The notes under the pieces were generated by a model. The model made no database searches, had not been told where the DNA came from, and was given only the letters and a program-made list of their open reading frames with translations. A stretch of DNA of 45,648 nt, the filler included, from Jimgerdemannia flammicorona (taxonomy: Eukaryota), in NCBI GenBank assembly GCA_003990765.1. It is 2 parts of 2 records of this genome, joined end to end, with 100 filler letters (N's around TTAATTAATTAA, not from the genome) between each part and the next. Parts side by side here need not be neighbours in the genome. Positions count along the whole stretch, not along the records: positions 22,881 to 45,648 come from RBNJ01001207.1; 1 more part is not named here. The stretch is one strand, 5' to 3'. This document shows, piece after piece, positions 34,501 to 45,648 of this stretch (its first letter is position 1; the number at the start of each line of letters is the position of its first letter). Made by a program: the position numbers and the translations under genes.

Positions 34501-36481
34501 TGCTTCAGAGACTCAGCTATGGCGTGCTCCCTCGTCGCCGATTCTATTGACTGAAGGACAGGATACGAGAACTTGATCTAATCACGTATCTGCGCACAAT
34601 GCTTCGCATAGTTCTGACATACTTGCCAGGTTCATCTCGGTCAAGGTTATGTTCTGCCTTAGATACTCGGCTAAGGTGTGCACCCCTCTGTCGCCAATGC
34701 TGTTCACTGAAGACGAATAGAAGCTTAATTCCATCATGCAACTGCACGCAATCCTTCACACAGTTCTGCGATTCAACTTAGTAAAAGTCGTGTTCTGCTG
34801 CAGAAACTCGGCTAGGATGCATTCCCCTTCGTGGCTGATGCTGTTCCCTGAAAATGAACAGATTTTCAATCCGTGAGCTTGATTCCATCGTGCAGCTGCA
34901 CACAATGCTTCATACAGTTCTGACATACCTTCAAGATTCAGCTCGGTAAAAATGGTGTATTGCTTCAGAGACCTGGCTAGGGCATGCGCCCCCTTGTAGC
35001 GGATGTGTTTGCCTGAGGATGAACAGAGAATTGAATAAACACCCTCAAATTGTGAGCTCGATTTCTTCATGCAAATGCACACAACGCTTCAGATAGTTAT
35101 GAGATACTTTTGAGATTAAGCTTGGTCAAGCTCGTGCTCTGCTTCAGAGATTCGGCTAGGGCGCGTGCCCCCTCGTCGCCAATGATTTTCCCTGAATATT
35201 AATAGAAGATGTGTAGATAGTGAGCTAGATTCTATTACACTGCTGCACACAACATTTCACACAGTAATAATATACCGCAGAAATCCAGTCCGATTAAGGG
35301 GGTGTTCTGCTTGAAAGACGCGGCTAGGTCGCGCGCCTCCCGGTGGCTGATGTTGTTGTCTGAAGAACAACAACGGAATGAGTGAACACGAAAAATCGTG
35401 ATTTCATTTCTTCATTCTGCTTCAGAGACTCGGCTAGAGCGCCAGCCCCCTCGTCGCCGATGCTGTTCCCTGAAGACGAACAGGAGATGTATATATTGTG
35501 AGGTTGATTCATCACAGAGCTGCACAAAGCCGCACACAGTTCTGATATACCACCGAGATTAAGCTTGGTCAAGGTCGTGTTCTGTTTCAAAGACTCGGCT
35601 AGGACTCGGGCTCCCACATCACCGATACTGTTACCTGAAGTTGAAGAGGAGGTGGTATGAGTAAACGCAAGCATTTCCATCACGCAGCAGCAAACAATCG
35701 TTCACAGTTTTGACATACAGGAGATTCAGCTTGGTCAAAGTTGTGTTTTGCTTCAGAGATTCGGCTAAAGTGCGGGCCAACAGAATACCGATGCTATTTG
35801 CTGGATATGAACAGGTAATTTGAGTATGCTCAGATCACAAACTTGCTACTACCCACTTCGCAAACAAAATTAACATACAGCTGAGATTGATCTTGGTCAG
35901 CGTTATGCTTCAGAAATTCGACGAGAACACGCGCTGCTCGATCGTCGATGCTCTTTCCTGAAGATGTACAGTCCGGAATGAGTAAGTTCAATTTCCTACA
36001 AATAATAGTTCGCATATTTCTGGCATACTAGAGAGCTTCAACTCATGCGAGATCGTGTTCTGCTTCAGAAATTCGGCTAGGATCCTGGCCTTCTCGTCGC
36101 CGATCTCACTTTCTGAATGGAGCACGAACAAACCATGAGATATGTAACCTGTATATAATGATTCAAACGAAGCTGACATACCGGTCGTGTTCTGCTTCAG
36201 AGGCTAATCGAGAGCGCAGGGCTCTTCAGTGCCGAAAAGTTTCTCTAAAATAGAAGAATGATTAATAAGCATACACTGACAATTAACTCTAAGCCAAATG
36301 TAGTACGCCAACTCCGTCACCCGCTATCATTACCTTCAATTCTACCATGGGTCGAACAACACGGACAATGAGAAAGAACGCAAAAACCCGGTGTTTAGCA
36401 AATGTGAATATGATTAGCCGGCTACGTGCCTCATGTCGCTACATACCTCGATTCGGCTACTGTCCGAGAGTGACCCGCCAT
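31578..36481 (-). CDS. RI-like (LRR_6/NLRC3-type) leucine-rich-repeat gene with one LRR per exon, ~28 cassette exons; partly defective or alternatively spliced
   Basis: Each exon encodes xNxIGDEGARALAESLKQNTTLTxLNLx and is mostly bounded by AG and GTATGT-like sites. Putative exon 1 at 36481-36447, microexon at 36341-36334, and an end at 31664 (read-through) or 31578 (last exon). Confidence 0.85.
31694..36244 (-). repeat. Tandem array of ~28 exon+intron units, period mostly ~150-180 bp
   Basis: The introns are homologous as well as the exons (GTATGTCAGAACTGTGTGAAGCATTGTGTGCAGCTG...CTCACGATCTGTGCGTGTTCGCTCAT...TTTTAAAG). Confidence 0.97.
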
Positions 36482-36564
36482 ATGTGAATGCTGTTCTGTG
36501 ACTTTCTTGAGTGTTCCTGCGTGTAGAATTTGAACTCCAGCCGAGGAAGTGGTGAATACGGAAA

Positions 36565-37816
36565 TATCAGTACTAGTTTGAAGAAGCATAATTGAAATAA
36601 ACTTTGCTGCCAAACTAGAGTCCAAATGGGAAGGACCTTATCTTGTATATAATATCAGAGGAACAAGTGTCTATATAAGAAATATGGATGGATGCACTCT
36701 GAGGACTCCAGTATATATCAATTACCTCAAGATATATCTACCTTCTATACAATGATCCAGAGGATTGACCAGCACCTCCAGACCCTTATCCTCAGTTCTC
36801 TTCAAGCTCTGTCAATTCTTCTATCTCAGTTTAGAGCAACTGTTGGCAACTGCTCCCAATTGATCCAGGTTCATCAAGAGAACCTCGCCATAGCCCAGTG
36901 ACTTCTAGAAATCTATTAGCTACAGGTATACTATACTATTGGAGAACAACTATAAGACCTCTCAACCTCTAAGTATATCTATATCAGATATATCACAGAC
37001 CTCATCCAAAGGTACTATTGTAGCAAACAGACTCTATACCATCTATAAGTAAAATACAGGAGCATTAATCTATGCTCAATTTTACCTTAGAGATATCTGA
37101 GAGATGACTCCTACTACTTATCAGAGTATCATCCATCATATTGAGATACTATTTCCTAAAGAAAAAAAAGTATCCTTAGAATAGAGTAGCTCAAAACTAA
37201 AGAAGATAATAGAATGAGATCAGATGCTGAAAATGCCTACCTATATAGTAATCAGATAGCAACTATAACTGTATAAAATATTCCAGTAATTTGAATAAAT
37301 AAATCTCAGTCTGAAATTTGAAATCAAAAAGCAAAAAAATAAGTCTACCTATTATACTTTGAGAGATATATCTATCAAAAGCTACTTGATTCAGAAAGAA
37401 TTACAATACTTAGAAGAAATATCTACTCTAAAGTTACTTTTAGGAGATTGTGAGCTTGATATCTAATTTACACTTCAGTCTACTTTCCAATACAAAGAAA
37501 AGAAGATCTGATTTAGTATACTTATCAGACTAAGCCTGAAGATCTACAATTTGAAGAACTAGAAGTCTACTGCCATCTGCCATTCAAAAAGTCTGTCATT
37601 TTTGGAAGAATGTGAGAAATCTACTGAATTCACCATGTTATACTGATCTCACCTAATTAGGAAACTTACTAAAATCATCTATATTATGTAAATAAGAACT
37701 TGTACTAAAAACCATTGAATATTTTGTTACTTTTTAACAAAGTAACTGAGGGCTCAAGCCAATCTACATAGTAGCCCCAATCTTGTAATTTGCCTCTATT
37801 GAGCTGGTATGTTACA
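36565..37816 (+). mobile_element. Third Gypsy fragment: integrase tail, ORF3 (36752-~37240) and internally deleted 3' LTR ending GTTACA
   Basis: KWEGPYLVYNIRG..YLKIY and MIQRIDQHLQTLILSS. LTR motifs at 37245-37816 are heavily C>T/G>A mutated. Confidence 0.92.
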
Positions 37817-39416
37817 CTATCTTAATATATATTTACTAAATAAATTTATATAGTAATTATACTTATAGAATATATTCAAACTCTCAACCACATGATATAA
37901 TTAGGAGATGACTTCATTAAAATTAACATTAAGGATATCTACCTTTACATTTCTCTTTACTTTAATAACTAGCAGTTTCTAGCCTTTCAATAGCAATAGA
38001 TCAACTGAAAGTTCTGGATAATATTATGGTCTATCTTTGATATCTTAAATATAGATAAAGATGATGATAGCAGTTGTCCCCACTCCAAGAGCTCACCGCC
38101 AAATCAATACACTGGGAAACAGGTCGAACGACACCGATTCTTTTTTAAAGGTGAATGAAGGAAGTAGCAACGGAAAATCGTTAGGTATCGTCCTGCGATG
38201 CAATCAATGCCAAAAATTAAATTAAATTAAATTAAAATTAAATAAAATAAATGCACGCGGCATATGCACTTATGCTTTCCATCCTTTTGGTGTGGCTAAC
38301 TCACAAGCATGCAACTATATGGTCAATCATCCATGCACTCTAGATTTCTAGTATTTAATGTCAAAATATTATTTCTGCTTTTTCGAAGGCGTGCTATTAC
38401 AATCAACATTGAAACTAACATTTATATGTTGCTCGAGGTGGTGCGGGTATATACATGGCTTGTGGGACGTACGGTGGTGCGTGTGCCATGTTAATATACA
38501 TCGACAGCCGACGCGGAGCTGTCGCAGGCTGTCGTTGCGGGAATCCTCAAGCAAATCAATCACAGAGCAAGCGTTCGGGAATCAAGAACAAAGATTGTCA
38601 AGGGAAACAACTGGGATGTGCTCTATCACTCGGTGTCTTGGACATTGGATTCAATTACCTATTATCACGTTAATGATCCTACCACGGGATAGCTATCACT
38701 CCGTTTCCTCAACCCTCAAGGCGTCCTGCCACCTGAAGACCTCGATTCTGGAATGATTAAGCAGAATGCTAATATATAGCTACATCGTATTCATAAGAGA
38801 TTAAAAAATGGATGATTATGAGCCAGGAAATATCAACCCTCCTATTCTGCGTGAACATTTCCATCCAATATTTTGGAGCGTAGCTTTGTGGCTTTGTGTT
38901 GTCATCCCAATGTTGAATGTCCGAACGGCATATTTCTATAATCACCTGATTTGGTCCTGATATTATGTTCAAGATCGACTTCGGCAGTAGTGACAGTCTA
39001 AAAATAAATGAGTAACATTGCGAGTTCGTGTGGTCTCTCGCCATGACAGTGCCTCGATTACTGGAAAACATGTCTGGCAAAACTTCAAGCTAATGCAGCG
39101 CACGTTGAATAAATGAAGTCGGCTGTTTTGCCGACCATAACAATATATATGGTCCTTTCTTATAGACGTCGAAGCCGTGTACATATGGGCACATATAGGA
39201 ATCCATCTCCCATTCCCTGGTTTACCTCGACGGAAAAACCAAGATGCCAATACGGTAGTCGTCAGAGAGGCTATTGGTTGAGTAGCAGAGGCATCTGAGA
39301 ATCCGAGAATTGTCATGTGTTCAGGCAGTCACCCCTTGCACAAAGAAAACGAATGTCAACTTTATCCCCCACCACCACTGCCACCTCCTCCACGACCGTA
39401 CCTCTCCATTTTCCGA

Positions 39417-40115
39417 ATGGCAACTATCGAAAAAAGTTACTACTTCAGGATTCGCATGGATGGCGAAGAGCTCTCTCACTTTTTTGAAATATCCAGCCAT
39501 GAAAACGAACTCACTTTCGAGAAACTTACCATGGCCATCATTGAACAATTCGAGGTTCGTACACACCCTGTTCCCTATGTGTTCCCTATGAGCACCCCCT
39601 CCCCCCCCCTTGCCTACTCGACTCCTCCTTTCCTCTTTTACTTCCTTTCGGTCTTCTATATGAAGTTTAATATACTCCTCTGATGATTAAATTTCCTCGA
39701 TATCCAGGACGGCTTCACCTTGAACGATTACATTATCACCTGCAGAAACCTCGCCGAGGACGCAAAGAGGGAAGTGCTCAAGAGCGACGTGGTCCTGAAA
39801 CGCGCGCTCAAGCATATGACAGGGGATGAGGCATTGGAGATGATGCTGATCAAGAAACCTACAAAGAAGTCCGATAAGGTTATCAAGATTGGTACGCGAT
39901 CCTCTCATTCGATTCTCGCTCCAAGTTCACCTATTGTTTACCAGGATTCTTTTTTTTTTTTTTTGGTCCCACAGAAAATCCCTCAACCCCCAAACCTGTT
40001 TCAACACCGTCCGCCCGGTCAACCCACCCTTTGCATGCCGCCCTAGGTGCGCAAATCATCGCCTCGCCATCAACGATACAGACGCCCAAAAGGAGACCGC
40101 AACGGGCGATATCGG

Positions 40116-40159
<44 letters not shown>

Positions 40160-41722
40160 GAGGGACTACTACGTACCCCCACGAGACAGACCACAACAAT
40201 GGAGTGGACACCAAAGGACGACGAGGACGAGGGGCCGGCTCACCTCCCGACAACCCAAACACCGATAAGGGCGACACAGACACCCACGGCCCAGTCACTG
40301 CCGGTGTCGCGGAACTCTACAAAGCCGAACACCGCAAGGAGGCAGCTGTTTTCGGCGGATTCGAGAGGCAAAGACAGCAAAGGGTCGAAGCCAACCGGGC
40401 ATATGCCGACAAATCCCGCACTTCCAAAGCTGCTCTTATCAGCAAGGCAGGCCTCAAAGACGCTCACTTCTGCAAGACACCCATCCCCCGCAACATTAAT
40501 ATCGGATGACGAGGAAGAAGATGGATCACGCCCAGTCAAGTCGTTCATGACGTCACCAACCGAGCCGTCACGCGTTATCGGCGAGGGCGCCCAGGCCGTC
40601 TTGGGTATGGGGCTGCCATTATCGCTGCTCGAATCTCAAATATCCTCTCATCAGAACCTCCTCTCCGCGGAGTCTCCAAGCCTTGTACGACGCAGCTCCC
40701 GGTTTGCAATGCGTGACCCGGTTCCGCCGAATCACGAGACGGATGAGGAGGCGGAGTATGTGGTGGCCACGGTGGAGCATCGGTCCATGGAATTGAGACA
40801 GCCACCCTTATCCTCGGTCGAGGAGAACTTGGATCAGCCCCACATCACAGAATCTCCGCGCACTCCTCTTCGGCGCAGCAAACGGCCTCAAACTATGATG
40901 TCGCCCAATTATGACGTCGTGGCAATGATGAAGCGCGTGGCAGGTGATGAGGAAGGGGTGGATGTCCGCAGTACGAAGCGAAGCCGTACGCGGAGCCATG
41001 CCGGCGGTAAGAGTAATGGTGGCAGTAACGGACTCGACCGGAACGCGCCTAGCTCAAAGCACAAAATCCCGCTCCTAACGAAGCTCGGATTCAGGTTCAC
41101 CCCCGGCGATCACTACTACGCTTACAAGTGTAGCCACGTCCTAAAAGCCCTCCGCGGGGACAAGCGCCAGATTTGGAAGAATTTCAATAAGAATGCTGCA
41201 CTCGAGGGAAGGATACCATACATGCTCAGTAGTCACGAGTGGCATCCGTTCCTCCCGTACAAGCTCACACTCTCCTACAGCCAGTACCTCCACTGGGCCA
41301 AAGAAGTTCGCAAATTTGGCCGGCTTGTGAATCCTACCGCCAACCTTACCTTTGTCCCAGGTACAAAAGCCATCCGCATGTTCATTAATGTCACCGCCAG
41401 GGGCAGCACATGGTGGATCGACCTTGGGTGGGTTGCGCTGGGAAAACCTATTGCGAAGAAGTGGGACGACGTTCCCGAGTATTGCATTGAGAAGCGTGTG
41501 AAGAGCGAGTTGATGGAGTTTCGAATTTGCGTACCTGAACTGCTGATGGATGTGCCGTTGGTAAGGGTAGAGGTTGGTACGAAGGCAGGAGGAAGAGAGC
41601 CGATCGTGTGTGAGGGGCAGTGCCGGCGGGACGGGGGGGGAATGGAGGTTTCGGAGGCGGAGGCGGAGGCGGAGGCGGAGTCGGATATTTTGAGGTGGTT
41701 CACATTTTGCGATTGTTTGTAG
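39417..41722 (+). CDS. Hypothetical ~665-aa protein with N-terminal PB1/ubiquitin-like domain, disordered acidic S/T/P-rich middle and aromatic C-terminal domain; exons 39417-39554, 39708-39891, 40047-41722
   Basis: Two GT-AG introns join the ORFs in frame with a long 563-codon ORF. Domain calls are from pattern only. Confidence 0.75.
40118..40156 (+). repeat. (GAC)13 microsatellite encoding poly-Asp
   Basis: Seen directly in the sequence. Confidence 0.98.
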
Positions 41723-44325
41723 GGGAACGGCGATGAAGAGGCGGGAGGATGAGGAGATAGGAAAGCAAGGGGTACTAGCGCTAAAGTTTGGAAGTGGTGG
41801 AGTGTGGGACTATGGTGAGAGGAGAATAGGGAGAAATCAGGAGATGGGGTGAAGTACAGGACTTGTGATGGAATGTAATTCTGTAGGTTTTTGTCGTAAG
41901 TGAACCGTTGGGCCGTGCATCTGCATGAACGTTTGATGGTTGGCAGATTCGATTGTATTACATTTTTATTTCTGAGATTAAAATACAAATTGAGAGAAGG
42001 AAGTATAAGTAAGCACTACAATTTCAATGGCGAGTGATTGGGAATATCACAGCACTACAAATGGGTGCCCTCGCCTAAAGTGAGGCAAATTCAAAAAGGA
42101 TCGCCTTCTCGTTGAGCAAAGCGGGCATAGCCAAACATGGTTATCTCAACACGTTCCAAGATTTGCAAATAAAAAATAATAACTACAAGGAGGAAGCCTT
42201 ACAAGAATTTTCCAGGGACTCTTGGATCTGTTACGTTTGGAGAGATTATTTTGTCCGTCCTTATTCCCTTCCTCAATGGCGTCTGCACTATTCTCGTCGT
42301 TGAGCCGTTTCGAGCCCTGGTTTTTTCACTCGCATTCAGGCGTCCCATGATGTCTTGGTGTGTCGCTTCCGTGGCTCGGTTGGGCAATTCCCACCCGCCA
42401 ACCATGTCAGACAGATGGAATCCAGCCCACAAATAAATTTTCTGTCCTCGGGCACTCAGGAAACTCGAATGCATAGACCAAAAGGGACCTGTATAATAAT
42501 ATATTACAGGATTTAGGTAAATCTAATATCCAATAACTGAAGTGACAACAAATCCATTGTGCACGAGGAAACGTCCGAGCAGCGTACTAATACCTCCTTA
42601 CCTCCTTGCTAAAGAACTGAAATAAATAATCCAGTGTGTACGCCTAGGTGTCAATCCGCCAGATTTTAGTCACAAAATATATCGCACCCGAAATACCTGA
42701 GTCTACGTGAGCTCTTCATTGTGTTCATTGTAGCTCTGCCATCCTAGCTTTTGGTTGGCTTTCCAAGAGCATCCATCCACCGGTGCACTGCACGCTGTCG
42801 GCGAATTTCTTTACCTACTCAAGGTCATTATATTGACTAAAAACGTTTCTTATCCGCGGTGCATCTCTGATTTTTTTTTTTTTTTTTTTGGCATCACGAT
42901 CAGTTCCGGTTCCACATATATCCTGCATAGAATTTGTGACCGTAATATTGGATGTAAAATCGCCTCTGACGTGTGATCGGATATCATACATCAATGGAAC
43001 CACTTAAATAAATTTTGCATTGATGTGATGGCATGCAGCATTGGCACTTGTAGTGATAGACTGATACTTTCATTGAGGTATCGGCCAAGTGTCGAAACAA
43101 GTATATCAATCTCATGACCAAGTGTTCAATGCGCAAGCATACTACAACCTCTATAAGAGCGTGATGACCTCACAGGGTGATTGAAGTTTAGAAGAAGCTT
43201 AGTCCGGTGGTAACTGACGATGGAAGCCGTCAACAAAACGTCCGGGGAGAGAGCATCGGCCATTTTGCGAATTATATAAAGATGTATAAACAATCCGCGT
43301 AAAAATAAATGGTGCCCTATGGCGTCGACGTCGGCCTATTGGCCGTAACTCCAGAGCAAACAGACGAAAATCAACGACAAAGTCTGTAGCTGATTTCAAT
43401 TTACCTGCTTTAATGTCATCAGGAGCGGTAATCGCTTCGTCCACGACGCGAGTCGTGACAATGATGCGTGTCAAGCCTTTCGCATTCGCGTGCTCCGATT
43501 GAACAGTCATATTTATGTGCTATTCATGTCATGTATGTCGTTGCAATTCAATTAACCAAACAAGTGCCATGAATTCGTGAAGAGGTATAGCTCCCTATAA
43601 CAATTTTCATAAAGTGTCCCTTCGCAGATTAAAAGGTTGTGGGGAATGTGATGTTGAATTATGAATAAGGTAGGCGGGTGTTAGTCATTTGGAACCATAA
43701 ATACTCCCAAGGACCCTAATTTACATGCAAAGAGGCCATTTATTGAAAAGGAAAAGAGAGATCCGTTAAATAACATAAATGTGGATACGAGCTTGTCCGA
43801 CAACGCACATACATCTTGCATCTTTCATTGGGTGGAAAGCAAATGTACTGGAGCCAAGAAAACGATATTGATTAACAAATTTTTTGCACTTATTGCATAT
43901 ATATACAAAAAACAAAATAAAATAAAATAAAACAATGACTGATGCCAACGTCTGCCGGTACTTGCTAGTGATTACTGCCAGAAGAATATCACATTTCATT
44001 GGTGGCTTTTGCAGACACCTCTTAACTATTTGCATTGAAAGCGTAACTCAACCTCCTCCCAGTCAGGGAGTACCGAGAAGCAAATATCTGGGACACCGGC
44101 TTGATAGCGCGCCCTGTGGCAAACATAGAATGAAAACCGGTTTGCGATAGATTTAACACAAATATGTAATTTCTCGTACGAAAGTAGATTGGACACGGTC
44201 AGAGCATCGGTACTCTTGATAATTAATTATGTGTACTACGGCTGTGACTGCATCCCCTGCTGAAGCCACAGTTGAAGTTCACGTGGTTTGGAGGATACGC
44301 CAAGCACTCTATACCCTTTACCATT

Positions 44326-45597
44326 ATGCACCTCAGCAAACTCCCCACCGGGCCACACAGGCGCCTGCTAGCCACCTTACTCGCCTTCGTCCTCTTTGCC
44401 AACATAGTCTTCATCCTCTACCCAACGTCGCCAACCTCATCCGCAGCACCTGCTGTCAAACCCGAAGCACCTGCCGTCAAACCCGAAGCACCTGCCGTCA
44501 AACTAATTGGCAACAACCCCTTCCAAGCCGAGTATGACAACAACGACCCCCAGTCCTGCAATGGTCTCCATCCTATTTTGCGCGCAGACCTCAACGAGAC
44601 TATCCCACGACACTACGCGCTTAAAGGACCGAAAACCCGTGTCGTGACGATTTTCTTGTGGCGCCAGCAGACCTACGCAATGAGTAATATTTCGTGGCCC
44701 GAACTCGCAAAGGATCTATGCCCATATCCGCCAGAGCTGGTCGCCTACTTCAAAGCGTATTGGGACCGGCATGTGAACGATGACTACCCGAGATGGCCCA
44801 ATGGGTGGGCGCCTTGCTGGCTATGGAAGATCAACTCCGAATCAGACAATCTGGTAAGGACTTGTGATGGCACTGGGACGCGCTTCAAACTGACAACAAA
44901 CTATACCGAGTTTCGGGATGCCGATATTATACACATGGACTATGTGTTTTACCTTGGAGCGTACGAGCACGTGTTATTTTGGAACGTCGCTTTGTTACCC
45001 CCGAAGCTAGGGGGCCACATATGGTGGGTGAGTAATGAGCGTCCAGTTTCACTCATCATCGTTAAATGCAATTCCTCACTGTTGTCCTGCCGCCAAGTCT
45101 AACTAACCATTTATCCAAATCACAACCAGCTCAACTACGGACGGGAATCCGTTGCATATTACCCATACGTCCGCATGGAATCCTTCCTCCGCAACTTTGA
45201 CTTCACCATCGGCGCCCCTGCTAGTCTTTACGACCTCTCGCACCCGCTCGAACCCATAACTTCAAAACGCCTTAAATTGATGATCGCCGCGCCTCCGCCG
45301 ACCATTCGCTCGGACGGCATCCAGCTCGCGTGGATGGTATCCAACTGTTCGCCTAGGAACCAGAGGAACGAGGTAATGAAAGGATTGATGGAGGAGATGG
45401 AAGTCCACTCGTTTGGCCGGTGCATGCATAATATGGACTTCCCGGAGGAAATTAAGTTGAAGTTTAAGCTGACCGAGGAGGTGTCGAATAACCAATATTG
45501 GGGGCCGTGGCAGGATATCAAGCGGGAAATATTTGCCGGTTATCCGTTTGTCTTCGTGCCAGAGAATTCGAATTGCGAGGGTTATGTCACCGAAAAG
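44326..45597 (+). CDS. GT10 alpha-1,3/4-fucosyltransferase, type II membrane protein, 3'-partial; exons 44326-45027 and 45130-45597
   Basis: N-terminal TM anchor, LAWMVSNC, VHSFGRC, and the GT10 motif YPFVFVPENSNCEGYVTEK followed by a GT donor at the contig end. Confidence 0.92.
44444..44503 (+). repeat. 21-bp in-frame repeat, ~3 copies (APAVKPE), in the fucosyltransferase stem
   Basis: Seen directly in the sequence. Confidence 0.95.
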
Positions 45598-45613
45598 GTA
45601 TGTTGTCAGTGTG

Positions 45614-45648
<35 letters not shown>

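Noticed and set aside
32632..36179. Individual ORF-track calls within the LRR array
   Set aside because: They are read-throughs of exon plus intron; the spliced model explains them.
31694..36244. CRISPR-like or satellite interpretation of the ~175-bp periodic array
   Set aside because: Units contain splice sites and translate to LRRs, there are no unique spacers or cas genes, and the context is eukaryotic.
38309..39316. Cluster of short ORFs upstream of the PB1-like gene, and similar ones at 42112-44150
   Set aside because: No motifs, coding bias or coherent splice model; treated as intergenic.
39889..41988. Poly-Arg, poly-Thr and poly-Ser ORFs and the 237-aa antisense ORF
   Set aside because: Alternative-frame shadows of the (GAC)13 repeat and of the real 39417-41722 gene.

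Overview
Eukaryotic, intron-rich fungal DNA, most likely Mucoromycota (inferred from short GT-AG introns, a GT10 fucosyltransferase and CpG-decayed transposons). It is probably two contigs joined artificially at an N44-TTAATTAATTAA-N44 linker (22781-22880). The left part is a transposon graveyard. It holds one complete but decayed Ty3/Gypsy LTR retrotransposon (4619-14277) with an unusual layout: gag, protease, a Cys/His-rich insert, dUTPase, RT, RNase H, integrase, then an extra 3' ORF that overlaps the pol stop as ATGA. It also holds related LTRs and fragments, a UDP-glycosyltransferase pseudogene and an interrupted BTB-BACK gene. The right part has an intact 6-exon SDR, a 7-TM GPCR-like gene, a PB1-like protein and a partial alpha-1,3-fucosyltransferase. 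The most striking feature is an array of about 28 tandem exon+intron units (31694-36244, minus strand). Each unit carries one typically 84-nt, phase-1/phase-1 exon encoding a single 28-aa RI-like leucine-rich repeat. A variable codon is split across every splice junction and about a third of the cassettes are individually defective. This is a candidate exon-cassette diversifying LRR receptor system. All calls come from manual reading and translation, with no database searches.
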